Shown here: positions 1-9,058 of the stretch, one piece after another
Position numbering within the stretch: the stretch's first letter is position 1
How the letters are laid out: each line of letters starts with the position of its first letter
Source: Minisyncoccota bacterium
GTDB taxonomy: Bacteria; Patescibacteriota; Minisyncoccia; Phycocordibacterales; UBA2100
NCBI GenBank assembly: GCA_022842645.1
Contig: JALHPE010000002.1
Span: forward strand, 1,322 to 65,321
Direction of reading: 5' to 3'
Length of the DNA: 64,000 nt
The notes under the pieces: model-generated
Databases searched by the model: none
The model's input: the letters and a program-made list of their open reading frames with translations, nothing else
Told to the model about the DNA's origin: nothing
Position numbers and translations under genes: made by a program

Positions 1-29
1 AAAGACGGCGAAGCCTGCGAGAGTCTACC

Positions 30-1427
30 CTAACCCTCGAGGAGTTGATCGATGAGCTTTTCGGTTTCTTCGGGGCCGGAGGTGTGGTGGGTTTTGATGC
101 CAGTGGGGATGACCGCTGCGTCGTTGCCTCCCTCATAAAACGCATCGCCGACGAAGAGCATGTTGTGCGCAGGAATATCGAGATGCGCCGAGAGCCACTC
201 GACACCATACGCTTTACTGATACCTTTGCGGACGATGTCGATGGTTGTTTTGCCGGCGATCAATATTTCATAACCGGGAAGTTTTTCACGGAGCACCTCT
301 GCAAGTTTCGGGCGTTTCGTGAGATTGGGATCCCACGCACTTTTTTTCGACTGTGGGGCGCCGTCCTCGAGCGCTGCGAACGAGACTGATGTGCCGCGAT
401 CGAGAATGCGATACTGCGGTTCTTCACCGTTGAATACGTCAGTTTCTTCGACAGCTTCGGCCACAATCTTGCTAATATGTTCTCGCTCCTCAGTCTCTAA
501 GGGAAAATGGTATTCGGTGTTCCATGTGCCGTTCTTCCATATATCGCAGCGTGCACCGTTGTCAGAAAACACAGAAAGCTGTGCGGTGCGGTGCGCGGGT
601 AAGCGCTTCATGACATCCCGCTCAAGGCGGGTGAATGTGGCGCCCGACATGACCGCAACAGGCATACGTTCTGCAAGGGTAAAGAGTTTCTCGAGAATTC
701 CCTCACTTGGTGCCTGAAAGCTTTCGGCGAGCGTGTCGTCGAGGTCGAAAATGATTCCTTGTGTATTCATTTTTTCCACCCGGGCGTCCTTCAGTGTCAT
801 TGTTTCAGGCATATCAGAATTGTATCTTTTTTCGCGTCTTCGTGCGAGCCATATTTGATGTACGAGAGGGAGGACGGTGATGACAATGATGCTGATGATC
901 ACGATTTCGAGATACTTTTCCACTTCAGGTATTGCTTCACCAAGGAAGTAGCCCGCGAGTGTGAAGCCGCCACCCCAGAGCACGGCTCCCGCAACGTTGT
1001 AGAAAAGGAATGTTGAGTAGCGCATTTCGCCAACACCGGCGAGGATGGGCGCGAAGGTGCGCACAACAGGCACGAAACGTGCAAGGAGGATTGTCTTCGC
1101 GCCATGCTCGTTGAAGAAATCACGCGTGTGTTCGAGATGTTTCTTTTTGAAAAAGCGCGAATCTTCGCGGCGCCAGAGCGCCGGGCCAACCCACGAACCA
1201 AACCAGTAGCCGATTGTGTCGCCTAACGTTGCCGCAATGATAACGGTAGAGAGCAAAATCCATATATTGAGATAGCCTTGCGAAGCAAGAAGCCCTGCGG
1301 TGAAAAGAAGGGAGCCACCCGGAAGTGCGACGGCAAAAAAGAGGCCAGACTCCGCCATGATGATGGCAAAAATACCAGGGTAGCCAAAGACCTGAATGAG
1401 CTGTGTGATATCAATACCAAAAAACAT
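30..1427 (-). CDS. Fusion protein: N-terminal DedA/VTT (SNARE-associated) membrane domain + C-terminal HAD-IIB (Cof-type) phosphatase domain
   Basis: N-terminus has DedA-like TM block (YPGIFAIIMAESGLFF...FVPVVRTF...). C-terminus has HAD motif I FDLDDTLA and motif IV VGDAFYEGGNDAAV. Paralogous to the standalone HAD at 9492-10217. Confidence 0.6.
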   Translation of the reverse strand: MFFGIDITQLIQVFGYPGIFAIIMAESGLFFAVALPGGSLLFTAGLLASQGYLNIWILLSTVIIAATLGDTIGYWFGSWVGPALWRREDSRFFKKKHLEHTRDFFNEHGAKTILLARFVPVVRTFAPILAGVGEMRYSTFLFYNVAGAVLWGGGFTLAGYFLGEAIPEVEKYLEIVIISIIVITVLPLVHQIWLARRREKRYNSDMPETMTLKDARVEKMNTQGIIFDLDDTLAESFQAPSEGILEKLFTLAERMPVAVMSGATFTRLERDVMKRLPAHRTAQLSVFSDNGARCDIWKNGTWNTEYHFPLETEEREHISKIVAEAVEETDVFNGEEPQYRILDRGTSVSFAALEDGAPQSKKSAWDPNLTKRPKLAEVLREKLPGYEILIAGKTTIDIVRKGISKAYGVEWLSAHLDIPAHNMLFVGDAFYEGGNDAAVIPTGIKTHHTSGPEETEKLIDQLLEG

Positions 1428-1538
1428 TTCTGTAGTATGACCGATTTTTGGCTTGTTTCAATGGGTTTTTAGGAGTTGACCCACTTATTTTTTTGTTATA
1501 TAAATTGGACAGGTTCAACATACAAAAGCGAGGAAGAA

Positions 1539-1901
1539 ATGCCAATTTTTCTTGTTGAGCATCTTGACGGTTGTTCGCCGCTTACTCCATGTACTTCTTG
1601 TAAGGCAAATGAATGGTTGAAGGCACATTTACCCGTCGAGAAGTATTCAGAATTTGTTGCTCTTGTTATCAAATCCAGTAATGGAAAGACGTCCGCTAAT
1701 CTTGATGCAAGGGTAAGCAGTGTTCTTGAATTGTCTGCTAGGGTATGTAATTGTCTCAAGAACAATAACATAATAACCCTCCGAGAACTCATGGATAGCA
1801 GCGAAGCTAAGCTTCTAGATACGCCGAATTTTGGTCGCAAAGGCATCGAGGAGCTTCGAGAAAAGCTTGCGAGAATCGGCCTATCTATTCCTAAGAGGTA
1901 A
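1539..1901 (+). CDS. Small protein with RNA polymerase alpha-subunit C-terminal-domain-like (alpha-CTD, HhH) fold
   Basis: LSARVCNCLKNNNIITLRELMDSSEAKLLDTPNFGRKGIEELREKLARIGL closely matches the RpoA CTD consensus (LSVRSxNCLK...L..NFGKKSL.EIKEKL). RBS GAGGAAG lies upstream of the ATG at 1539. Confidence 0.5.
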   Translation: MPIFLVEHLDGCSPLTPCTSCKANEWLKAHLPVEKYSEFVALVIKSSNGKTSANLDARVSSVLELSARVCNCLKNNNIITLRELMDSSEAKLLDTPNFGRKGIEELREKLARIGLSIPKR

Positions 1902-1912
1902 AAGCATTTTAC

Positions 1913-1935
1913 GGACCACCCACAACGGGTGGTCC
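1913..1935. terminator. Bidirectional stem-loop terminator between alpha-CTD-like gene (+) and glyA (-)
   Basis: GGACCACCC-acaac-GGGTGGTCC followed by TTTTAT. Confidence 0.5.
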
Positions 1936-1941
1936 TGACTT

Positions 1942-3210
1942 TTATATAAACCGATTCGGAATTGGGAACTTCTTGCAGAGTTTTTCGACTTCCTTCTTTA
2001 TTTTCACCAATTCTTTTTTATTGTCTTTGTGTTTGAGCGCATCAACCATCCACTCGGCAACTTTCGCGCATTCTTTTTCTTTGAGGCCGCGAGTGGTGAT
2101 GGCCGGCGTGCCGAAGCGTATGCCGGAGGGATCCATTGGCCCGCGAACGTCATCGGCAATTGAATTTTTATTGAGCGTGATGCCGATGAGATCGAGTGTG
2201 TGTTCGGCGTCTTTGCCGGTGATGCCGAGGGAGCCGTAGACATCAGCGAGAAGAAGGTGGTTCGACGTGCCGCCGGTGAGAAGGCGAATGCCGTGTGCTT
2301 TGAAGACTTTTTCCATCGCTTTTGCGTTTTTTAAGATTTGCTTGGCATACGTGCGGAATTTGGGAGAGAGCGCTTCGCCGAAGGCGACTGCTTTTGCGGC
2401 AACTGCGTGCATGTGCGGACCGCCCTGAAGACCGGGAAAGACGGATTTGTTGATTTTCTTTGCCAATTCTTCGCTTTCGCGCACAAGGATGAGACCGCCG
2501 CGCGGGCCACGGAGGGTCTTGTGCGTGGTGGACGTCACGATGTCGAACCCGTAGTCGAAGGGGTTTTTGATTGCTTTTCCGGCGATGAGACCTGCGATAT
2601 GTGCGGCGTCCATGACGGCTATCGCGCCCACCTCGCGTGCGATAGAAACCATGCGTTTGTAGTCGAGCTCTCGTGGGTAGGCCGAAAATCCTGCAAGCAG
2701 GATTTTCGGCTTCTCTTTGAGTGCCACCTGTCGCATCTCGTCGTAATCAATCTCGCCCGTATCCGGATTCTTCATTTTGTAGCGCACGAAGCGGAAGATT
2801 TTGGTGAGATAGGTGACAGGGTGGCCGTGCGTGAGGTGGCCGCCATGCGAGAGATCCATGCCTAAGACGGTGTCACCCGGCTCAAGAAGTGCGAAATACA
2901 TCGCGAGGTTGGCATTTGCGCCACCGAGTGTTTGTACATTGGCATATTTCGCTTTGAAGAGCTTTTTTGCACGCTCGATTGCGAGTGTTTCTACGGCATC
3001 CGTGAATTCCTGCCCGCCGTAGTAGCGTTTGCCAGGATAGCCTTCGGAATATTTGTTGGTGAGGATGGAATAATTCGCCTCGCGCACGGCGCGAGAGGCG
3101 TAGTTTTCAGAAGGAATAAGCTCAAGTCCAATCGCTTGCCGCTTTTCCTCGCCGATAAGGGCGGCGTACACTTTTTTGTCTTGTTTTTTGGTGAAAGGGT
3201 ATAAATCCAT
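1942..3210 (-). CDS. glyA: Serine hydroxymethyltransferase
   Basis: SHGGHLTHGHPV and VTSTTHKTLRGPRGG PLP-lysine region, 422 aa. Confidence 0.9.
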   Translation of the reverse strand: MDLYPFTKKQDKKVYAALIGEEKRQAIGLELIPSENYASRAVREANYSILTNKYSEGYPGKRYYGGQEFTDAVETLAIERAKKLFKAKYANVQTLGGANANLAMYFALLEPGDTVLGMDLSHGGHLTHGHPVTYLTKIFRFVRYKMKNPDTGEIDYDEMRQVALKEKPKILLAGFSAYPRELDYKRMVSIAREVGAIAVMDAAHIAGLIAGKAIKNPFDYGFDIVTSTTHKTLRGPRGGLILVRESEELAKKINKSVFPGLQGGPHMHAVAAKAVAFGEALSPKFRTYAKQILKNAKAMEKVFKAHGIRLLTGGTSNHLLLADVYGSLGITGKDAEHTLDLIGITLNKNSIADDVRGPMDPSGIRFGTPAITTRGLKEKECAKVAEWMVDALKHKDNKKELVKIKKEVEKLCKKFPIPNRFI

Positions 3211-3249
3211 AGGTTCTAGGTGTTAGGGAGTAGGGTCTAGGAGGATAGA

Positions 3250-3302
3250 AATATTACGGACTTCGTAAATCCGTATATTACGGATTTACGAAGTCCGTAA
3301 TA
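3250..3302. repeat. 53-bp perfect palindrome (two inverted 25-bp arms, each with an internal TACGGA/TCCGTA hairpin), REP-like
   Basis: ATATTACGGACTTCGTAAATCCGTA-TAT-TACGGATTTACGAAGTCCGTAATAT. Core GGACTTCGTAAATCC resembles the REP core GGACTTCGTAAGTCC at 18325/18506/19024. Confidence 0.7.
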
Positions 3303-3332
3303 TGCATTTTGCAAGATTAGGTCATATGCAGA

Positions 3333-3668
3333 TTAGCGGTTGTCGCCGGAGCTTTTGATGACACCACGTGCTTGGCGATCTTGTATTTTTTGCACGTTAG
3401 CACGAGCTGCTTCGGAAAAAGGAAGATCCAGTAGGCGGGAAAGCTGCGAGAGATACCACAATACATCCCCGATCTCATTTTTGAGGGAATCACGGTATTC
3501 ATCAGTGAGTTTCCCATCGTTGTTACGAATTAGTTTCTTTATTTTTTCTGCAATTTCGCCACTTTCTCCTGCGATTCCGAGGGCGACGTACATCAATTTA
3601 TGCTCTTCTTGTTTGCCGTCGAATGTGGCAGTAGTGGTTGCAATTTTTTGATACTCATCAAAATCCAT
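3333..3668 (-). CDS. MazG-like nucleoside triphosphate pyrophosphohydrolase domain protein
   Basis: EIGDVLWYL motif typical of the MazG/NTP-PPase all-alpha fold. TAATG overlap with the tmk stop. Confidence 0.65.
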   Translation of the reverse strand: MDFDEYQKIATTTATFDGKQEEHKLMYVALGIAGESGEIAEKIKKLIRNNDGKLTDEYRDSLKNEIGDVLWYLSQLSRLLDLPFSEAARANVQKIQDRQARGVIKSSGDNR

Positions 3669-4359
3669 TACTGAATCGTAGCACCCAAAACCTCATGCAC
3701 AATTCTTGACACCTCCTCGTGAATGTCTTCGGGCGTGCGTAGTGACCCTGCTGGAGCGCACTCGACCACGCGCCAGCCTTTTTCCTCGGCGAGGCGGAGG
3801 TACGCATTACGGGTGCGGTCTTGGTGTGCCATGTTGCGCTCTGCTTGGTCGCGCTTTTCGCCGCCCGTGTATTCGCGCGCATCTTTTTTAGAAACGAGAT
3901 CTGCGGAGACGTCGGTGGGGACGGAGAGGTACATTACGAGATCGGGGCGTGGGAGGCGCAAATCGCCGTATTCGAGGTTTTCGATAAATTCCACCAAGGC
4001 GCCCTGTTCATCTTTCGGGAGTTTCGCGCTTTGGTGGGCGAGGTTCGAGGAAGTGTAGCGGTCGCAGATGACGACCGCGCCTTTTGCGAGGGCTTCAACA
4101 ATCGCGTCGCGCGCTCCTGCGCGATCCATCGCATAGGGGAGTGCAGAAACATACGGCGGGACGCTCATGAAATCGCCGTGTTTGCCGGCAAGCAGCTCGC
4201 CGATGAGTTTCCCTGAGGTGGATTCGTAATAGCGGGGGAATGAGAAAACGATGACCTCATGTCCTTCGGCTTTGAGGCGCTCCGCAAGCATTTTAGTCTG
4301 CGTCGCTTTCCCCGCGCCATCGCCGCCTTCGATATCGATTAAAATCCCTAGTTTGTCCA
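3668..4359 (-). CDS. tmk: Thymidylate kinase
   Basis: ILIDIEGGDGAGKATQ P-loop. Start moved to the internal MDKLGIL, because the six-frame ORF over-extends to 4753. Confidence 0.8.
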
Positions 4360-4402
4360 TAGTCTCTGTCGCACTAGTATATGGTATATTTTTCGGACGC
4401 CT

Positions 4403-5122
4403 ATGGCCCTTTCGGATACCAAAATACTTGCAGCCATGAAGGAAGGGTCTGTGATTATTGAGCCGTTTGTGCGGCAGAATCTGGCCACTTCGAGCTACGA
4501 CGTGACGCTTGGCGAGTATTTCTTCACCGAGGAGAATCCGGGGCATTTTGAAAACATTTTCAACATTTACGACAAAAATCATATTGATAGGGTGTGGGGC
4601 ACAGAGCCGCGGCGTGCGAGAAAAGCAAAAGACGTATTTGAAAAATATAATTTCGACTGGAAAGGAATTCATCCCGAGGAGCAGGTAATTCTCATGGCAC
4701 CGGGAGAGACGATTCTTGGACACACCAACGAATTTATCGGCGGGCGCGAACACGTGACAACGATGATGAAGGCGCGCTCATCGCTCGGCCGCTCGTTTAT
4801 TTCAGTGTGTAAATGCGCTGGCTGGGGCGATGTCGGCTACACGAATCGTTGGACCATGGAAATTCAGAATACCTCCACACGCTACTACATTCCACTCGTT
4901 GTTGGCCGCCGCATCGCGCAGATCGTGTTTTTTGAGACGGGGCCGATCCAGGAAAAGAGTTATTTCGTGGAAGGGAAATACCAATCGGGCAAAACCCTGG
5001 CAGAACTAAAGAAAAACTGGAAGCCACATATGATGCTGCCGCGCTTGGATACTGATCGCGACATTAAACTGGGCGCCGAGAGAGCGAAGGCTTCGATGAG
5101 AAAGAAAAAGAAAAAATCATGA
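4403..5122 (+). CDS. dcd: dCTP deaminase / dUTPase-fold protein
   Basis: SSYDVTLG motif and dUTPase-fold family. Lies upstream of thyA. Confidence 0.75.
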   Translation: MALSDTKILAAMKEGSVIIEPFVRQNLATSSYDVTLGEYFFTEENPGHFENIFNIYDKNHIDRVWGTEPRRARKAKDVFEKYNFDWKGIHPEEQVILMAPGETILGHTNEFIGGREHVTTMMKARSSLGRSFISVCKCAGWGDVGYTNRWTMEIQNTSTRYYIPLVVGRRIAQIVFFETGPIQEKSYFVEGKYQSGKTLAELKKNWKPHMMLPRLDTDRDIKLGAERAKASMRKKKKKS

Positions 5123-5958
5123 AAATCTATCACGACGTCTTGAGACGCATCATGGACGAGGGGGTGGATCGTGAGGGGCGCAATGGTGCGACGCGTGCGC
5201 TGTTTGCCATTCAGATGCGATTCAGCATGGCGGATGGTTTTCCGGCTGTCACAACGAAAAAACTTGCGTTTAAAGCGGTGAAGAGTGAACTCCTCTGGTT
5301 TCTCGATATGAAAGGGAAAGAGCGCGCGAGCGACGAAGATTTGAAGCGACTGAATGAGAGCGAACGAACGATTTGGACGGACAACGCCGAATCCGATTAT
5401 TGGAAGCCAAAAGTTCAGTTTCCGGGGGATTTGGGGCGTGTCTATGGCATTCAGTGGCGCAACTGGAAGAAGCCTGACGGCACGACGGTGGATCAGATCG
5501 CAGAGCTCGTAAAGAAGTTGAAAGAAAACCCAACTGATCGCCGATTGATTGTCTCTGCGTGGAATCCGGGGGAGCTCGACATGATGGCGCTGCCACCGTG
5601 CCACATGCTCTTTCAGTGTTTTGTGGCAGATGGAAAACTCTCGCTTCACATGACGCAGCGTTCGTGCGACATGTTCTTGGGCGTGCCGTTTAACATTGCA
5701 TCATATTCGCTTCTCCTCCACATGCTCGCGCAGGTGACGGGGCTCATAGCACATGAGTGTATTTTGACTCTGCAGGATGCGCACATCTATCACGATCATT
5801 TTGATGCGGTGAAAGAGCAACTTGCGCGTGAGCCGTATCCGCTTCCGACATTGAAGCTCAATTCCGAAGTGAAAGATATTGATGGTTTCAAAATGACAGA
5901 TATCGAATTAGAGAACTATCAACATTACCCACCAATTAAGGCGAAAATGGCGGTTTAA
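5119..5958 (+). CDS. thyA: Thymidylate synthase (ThyA type)
   Basis: MALPPCH active-site cysteine motif and RLIVSAWNP. ATGA overlap with dcd. Confidence 0.9.
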   Translation: MKIYHDVLRRIMDEGVDREGRNGATRALFAIQMRFSMADGFPAVTTKKLAFKAVKSELLWFLDMKGKERASDEDLKRLNESERTIWTDNAESDYWKPKVQFPGDLGRVYGIQWRNWKKPDGTTVDQIAELVKKLKENPTDRRLIVSAWNPGELDMMALPPCHMLFQCFVADGKLSLHMTQRSCDMFLGVPFNIASYSLLLHMLAQVTGLIAHECILTLQDAHIYHDHFDAVKEQLAREPYPLPTLKLNSEVKDIDGFKMTDIELENYQHYPPIKAKMAV

Positions 5959-5959
5959 T

Positions 5960-6490
5960 ATGGCGCGCGTCTCGGCCATCGCGGCGATTGGGAAGGGGCG
6001 TGTGTTGGGGAAAGATAATCAGCTCCTCTGGCACATTCCGGATGATTTAAAGCGGTTTAAAGCGCTCACGCTCGGACATCCGATTATCATGGGGCGGAAG
6101 ACGTTTGAATCTATTCTTGCAGTTTTAGGAAAGCCGCTGCCGGGGCGGACAAATGTTGTAGTGACACGCCATCCTGAGAATATGAAGGGTTTCGGAAATA
6201 CGTCATATGACGGATTTCCGAAACCCTTCATTTGGGCGGGTTCGGTGGAAGACGCGATTGAGAAGGCGAAAGACGCGCCCGGGGGCGATGAGATTTTTAT
6301 TGGCGGCGGCGGGCAGATATATGCGGAAGCACTACCTTTTACCGATAAGTTGTATTTGACGCTGATTGATGATGAGAAGGAGGGCGATTCTTTTTTTCCG
6401 GCGTATGAAGATGTGTTCACCGAGGTGGTTTTTGAAGAAGAGCGGGAACACGAGGGACTCAGATACACTTGGGTGGATATTGAGCGGTAA
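5960..6490 (+). CDS. folA: Dihydrofolate reductase
   Basis: ISAIAAIGKGRVLG...LLWHIPDDLKRFKALTLGHPIIMGRKTFESI. Confidence 0.85.
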   Translation: MARVSAIAAIGKGRVLGKDNQLLWHIPDDLKRFKALTLGHPIIMGRKTFESILAVLGKPLPGRTNVVVTRHPENMKGFGNTSYDGFPKPFIWAGSVEDAIEKAKDAPGGDEIFIGGGGQIYAEALPFTDKLYLTLIDDEKEGDSFFPAYEDVFTEVVFEEEREHEGLRYTWVDIER

Positions 6491-6498
6491 AAAAGTTA

Positions 6499-6526
6499 AG
6501 GACTGGGTGCGCACGCACCCAGTCCT
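6499..6526. terminator. Stem-loop terminator (T-run on minus strand) shared by folA and the convergent formyltransferase gene
   Basis: AGGACTGGGTGCG/CGCACCCAGTCCT flanked by A-run/T-run. Confidence 0.55.
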
Positions 6527-6531
6527 TTAGT

Positions 6532-7284
6532 TCATCCTCTAGCATAGTCCGCAATCGCCTGCGCTTTCGCGAGACAAAGCTCTTCATACTGACTCGGCAT
6601 GATGAATTGCTCAAAACGCCGCGTGGTTAAAATTTTTTCTTCGCGCGCGATGTCGGCGAGTGCCGCTATTTGTACACGATGTTCAATTGGGAGCAATCGA
6701 CTCTGGATTGAATCGACCGTATCTGTCTCGAAGATCGGCACCTGTTCGTATCGCACGAGCTTCCCGGTATCCAGTTCGTTCTCGACGAGGTGTGTTGTTG
6801 CTTCGATCCACCAATTCGTCCCCGTACGTTTCGCAAAGTGTAGTGCTGCGGCTATAACGCGACGACCATACATTCCCTTGCCGCCGAAGTCGGGGTTCGG
6901 GCGCTCCTTCGTCGCGTGATCTGGATCGAGCGCCCCTGGATGTTGGTTGACGATCTGTGGGAACGCTTCGATGACGTTTGTTGGCGTTTTCGGCAACCAT
7001 CCGTACTGCCCGATGACTTCTACGTCACGCATTGTGCATGCACGAATGATTGCGTCGCCGAGGTGTTCGGGTGTTTGAAAGTCGCGCGGGCGTATGATCT
7101 CGATCTGATTTTCATCGAAGCCGCGCTCGCGCGCCTTTTCGATGACACCGGCATCGTTTCTACTAACAATAAGTACGACGGGGTCTACTGAGAGTCTTTT
7201 TGCACGGACGGCATCAAGAATTGCAGCGACTGTCGAACCGCCTCCTGAGGCAAAGAGCGCAACTTTTATCATCTTTGGCATCAT
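6532..7284 (-). CDS. Formyltransferase-family protein (PurN/Fmt N-domain-like) with C-terminal extension
   Basis: IKVALFASGGGS, then NQHPGALDP (N..H) and LVENELDTGKL (D) catalytic-triad arrangement. Start set at MMPKMIKV with an AGGAGA RBS. Confidence 0.5.
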   Translation of the reverse strand: MMPKMIKVALFASGGGSTVAAILDAVRAKRLSVDPVVLIVSRNDAGVIEKARERGFDENQIEIIRPRDFQTPEHLGDAIIRACTMRDVEVIGQYGWLPKTPTNVIEAFPQIVNQHPGALDPDHATKERPNPDFGGKGMYGRRVIAAALHFAKRTGTNWWIEATTHLVENELDTGKLVRYEQVPIFETDTVDSIQSRLLPIEHRVQIAALADIAREEKILTTRRFEQFIMPSQYEELCLAKAQAIADYARG

Positions 7285-7444
7285 CTTTCTCCTTTGAGCT
7301 AGCCAAAAACTCCTTGAGGAATGTAGCAGGAAATCATACGGTCGCAAAGTCGCCCGAGGCGATTTTGCGACCCGAGTTTTTTTGGGAAGCATACCTCTCT
7401 CAAGAGGGTTGCACAAAAGCCACTCATACAATGGGCGGCTTCTT

Positions 7445-8227
7445 CTACTGTTTCAATCCCAGTCCCGTGCGGATGAGGTACCAATTGATGGCGATGAGGG
7501 CGGCGACCATTGCCATGAGAATGGTGAGCGCGAGTGAAAGCGAGACATCGGAGAAGCCTAAGAAGCCGTAGCGGAATCCGTTGATGAGATAGAAGAGCGG
7601 GTTTGAGAAGGTAATTGCTTGCCACCACGAAGGGAGGGATTCAACTGAATAAAAGATGCCGCCGAGGTAGACGAGTGGTGTGAGGACGAAGGTGGGCACG
7701 ATGTTGATGCCGTCGATTGTTTTTGCGTAGATGCCGTTGACGAGGCCTGCGAGCGCAAAGACGAGACAGGTGAGGATCGCGAATCCGAGAATGATAAAGA
7801 GGCTGTGGATGGAGAGTGAAAGACCTGTGAAGAAAAGGGAGACGAGAAGCACGAGGGCGCCCGTGATGACACCGCGCACGACACCGCCCGCGACAAAGCC
7901 CGCGATCATGAGCCATGGCGGAGTCGGAGAGACAAGAATTTCTTCGATATTGCGCGCGAAGAATTTCGATGAAAAGAAGGTGAATGATGTGTTGGCGTAC
8001 GAGGTGGTGACGATCGCGAGCATCACAAGGCCGGGGACGACGAAGGTCATGTAATCCACGCCTTGCATCTCTCCAATGCGTGAGCCGAGCACGGTACCGA
8101 AGACGAGAAAGTAGAGCGATGAGGTGATGACGCTCGGGAGAAACGTCTGCACCCAAATGCGGAACATGCGCACGACGTCCTTGCGCAACATCGTATAAAA
8201 AGAAATCCAAAGGCGATGGGTATTCAT
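7445..8227 (-). CDS. ABC-2 type transporter permease
   Basis: Six predicted TM helices. Stop-codon TGA overlaps the start-codon ATG of the ATPase gene by 1 nt (8227-8229). Confidence 0.7.
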   Translation of the reverse strand: MNTHRLWISFYTMLRKDVVRMFRIWVQTFLPSVITSSLYFLVFGTVLGSRIGEMQGVDYMTFVVPGLVMLAIVTTSYANTSFTFFSSKFFARNIEEILVSPTPPWLMIAGFVAGGVVRGVITGALVLLVSLFFTGLSLSIHSLFIILGFAILTCLVFALAGLVNGIYAKTIDGINIVPTFVLTPLVYLGGIFYSVESLPSWWQAITFSNPLFYLINGFRYGFLGFSDVSLSLALTILMAMVAALIAINWYLIRTGLGLKQ

Positions 8228-8228
8228 A

Positions 8229-8990
8229 TTAATTTTCAGATGTGAGTTGGATGAATACCTCTTCCAACTTGCCGCCGCGGAAGCCGTTGTTTTCGTTTGA
8301 ATCTTTGTGGAGCGCGAGGATTTCGTTCATCGTGCCGTTGGCGACGATCTGTCCTTTGTTGATGATGGCGACGTGCTTCGCCAGCTGCTCGGCCTCTTCA
8401 AGATAGTGGGTGGTGAGGAGAATGGTGAGTCCTTCGCTTGTGAGTTTTTTGAGATACTCCCACATGCCGCGGCGAAGCTCCACATCCACACCCGCGGTTG
8501 GCTCGTCGAGGACGAGAAAGCGTGGCTTATGAATGAGTGCGCGCGCGATCATGAGGCGACGCTTCATGCCCCCCGAGAGTTCCATCCCGCGAACGTTCAT
8601 TTTCTCGCCGAGACCCAAGTCTTTAAGGAGTTGTTCTGCACGCGGAATTGCTTCCTCGCGTGGAATACCATAGTAGCCGCCTTGGTTTATGACGATATCG
8701 ATCGGTTTTTCAAATGGATTGAAATTGATTTCCTGCCCGACGAGTCCAATCTGCGCTTTTGCGAGCTCGGGCTCTTTGTCGATGTCGTGGCCAAACACTT
8801 CCACTGAACCCTCTGTTTTATTCACGAGCCCGGTCGAGATGCCGATGATGGTCGTTTTCCCCGCGCCGTTCGGGCCGAGGAGTGCAAAGAAATCGCCTGC
8901 GGGGACAGTGAGCGAGACACCCTTGAGAGCTTCTGTGCCGTTGTTATATCTCTTTTTGAGGTCTGTGATTTTGAGGGCGGGGGAGGACAT
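8229..8990 (-). CDS. ABC transporter ATP-binding protein
   Basis: Walker A GPNGAGKTT, signature LSGGMKRR, Walker B LVLDEPTAGVD. Confidence 0.85.
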   Translation of the reverse strand: MSSPALKITDLKKRYNNGTEALKGVSLTVPAGDFFALLGPNGAGKTTIIGISTGLVNKTEGSVEVFGHDIDKEPELAKAQIGLVGQEINFNPFEKPIDIVINQGGYYGIPREEAIPRAEQLLKDLGLGEKMNVRGMELSGGMKRRLMIARALIHKPRFLVLDEPTAGVDVELRRGMWEYLKKLTSEGLTILLTTHYLEEAEQLAKHVAIINKGQIVANGTMNEILALHKDSNENNGFRGGKLEEVFIQLTSEN

Positions 8991-9020
8991 GGAAACGGAT
9001 TATATCAAACTCTGGTTATA

Positions 9021-9049
9021 AAAAGAAAACCCCACCATCTCTGGTGGGG
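9021..9049 (-). terminator. Rho-independent terminator for the 9059-9424 gene
   Basis: CCCCACC-atctct-GGTGGGG followed by a T-run on the minus strand. Confidence 0.45.
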
Positions 9050-9058
9050 CAGATCGAC

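Noticed and set aside
2338-2865. 175-aa plus-strand ORF inside glyA
   Set aside because: It is antisense to a confidently identified glyA, has no motif and has Arg/Cys-rich composition typical of shadow ORFs in GC-rich antisense frames.
3668-4753. 361-aa ORF reported for the tmk locus
   Set aside because: The N-terminal 130 aa have no homology and cross the divergent promoter. Thymidylate kinase homology starts at MDKLGIL (4359).
7641-8210. 189-aa Arg/His-rich ORF antisense to the ABC permease
   Set aside because: Shadow ORF overlapping a well-supported membrane-protein gene, with low-complexity R/H composition.
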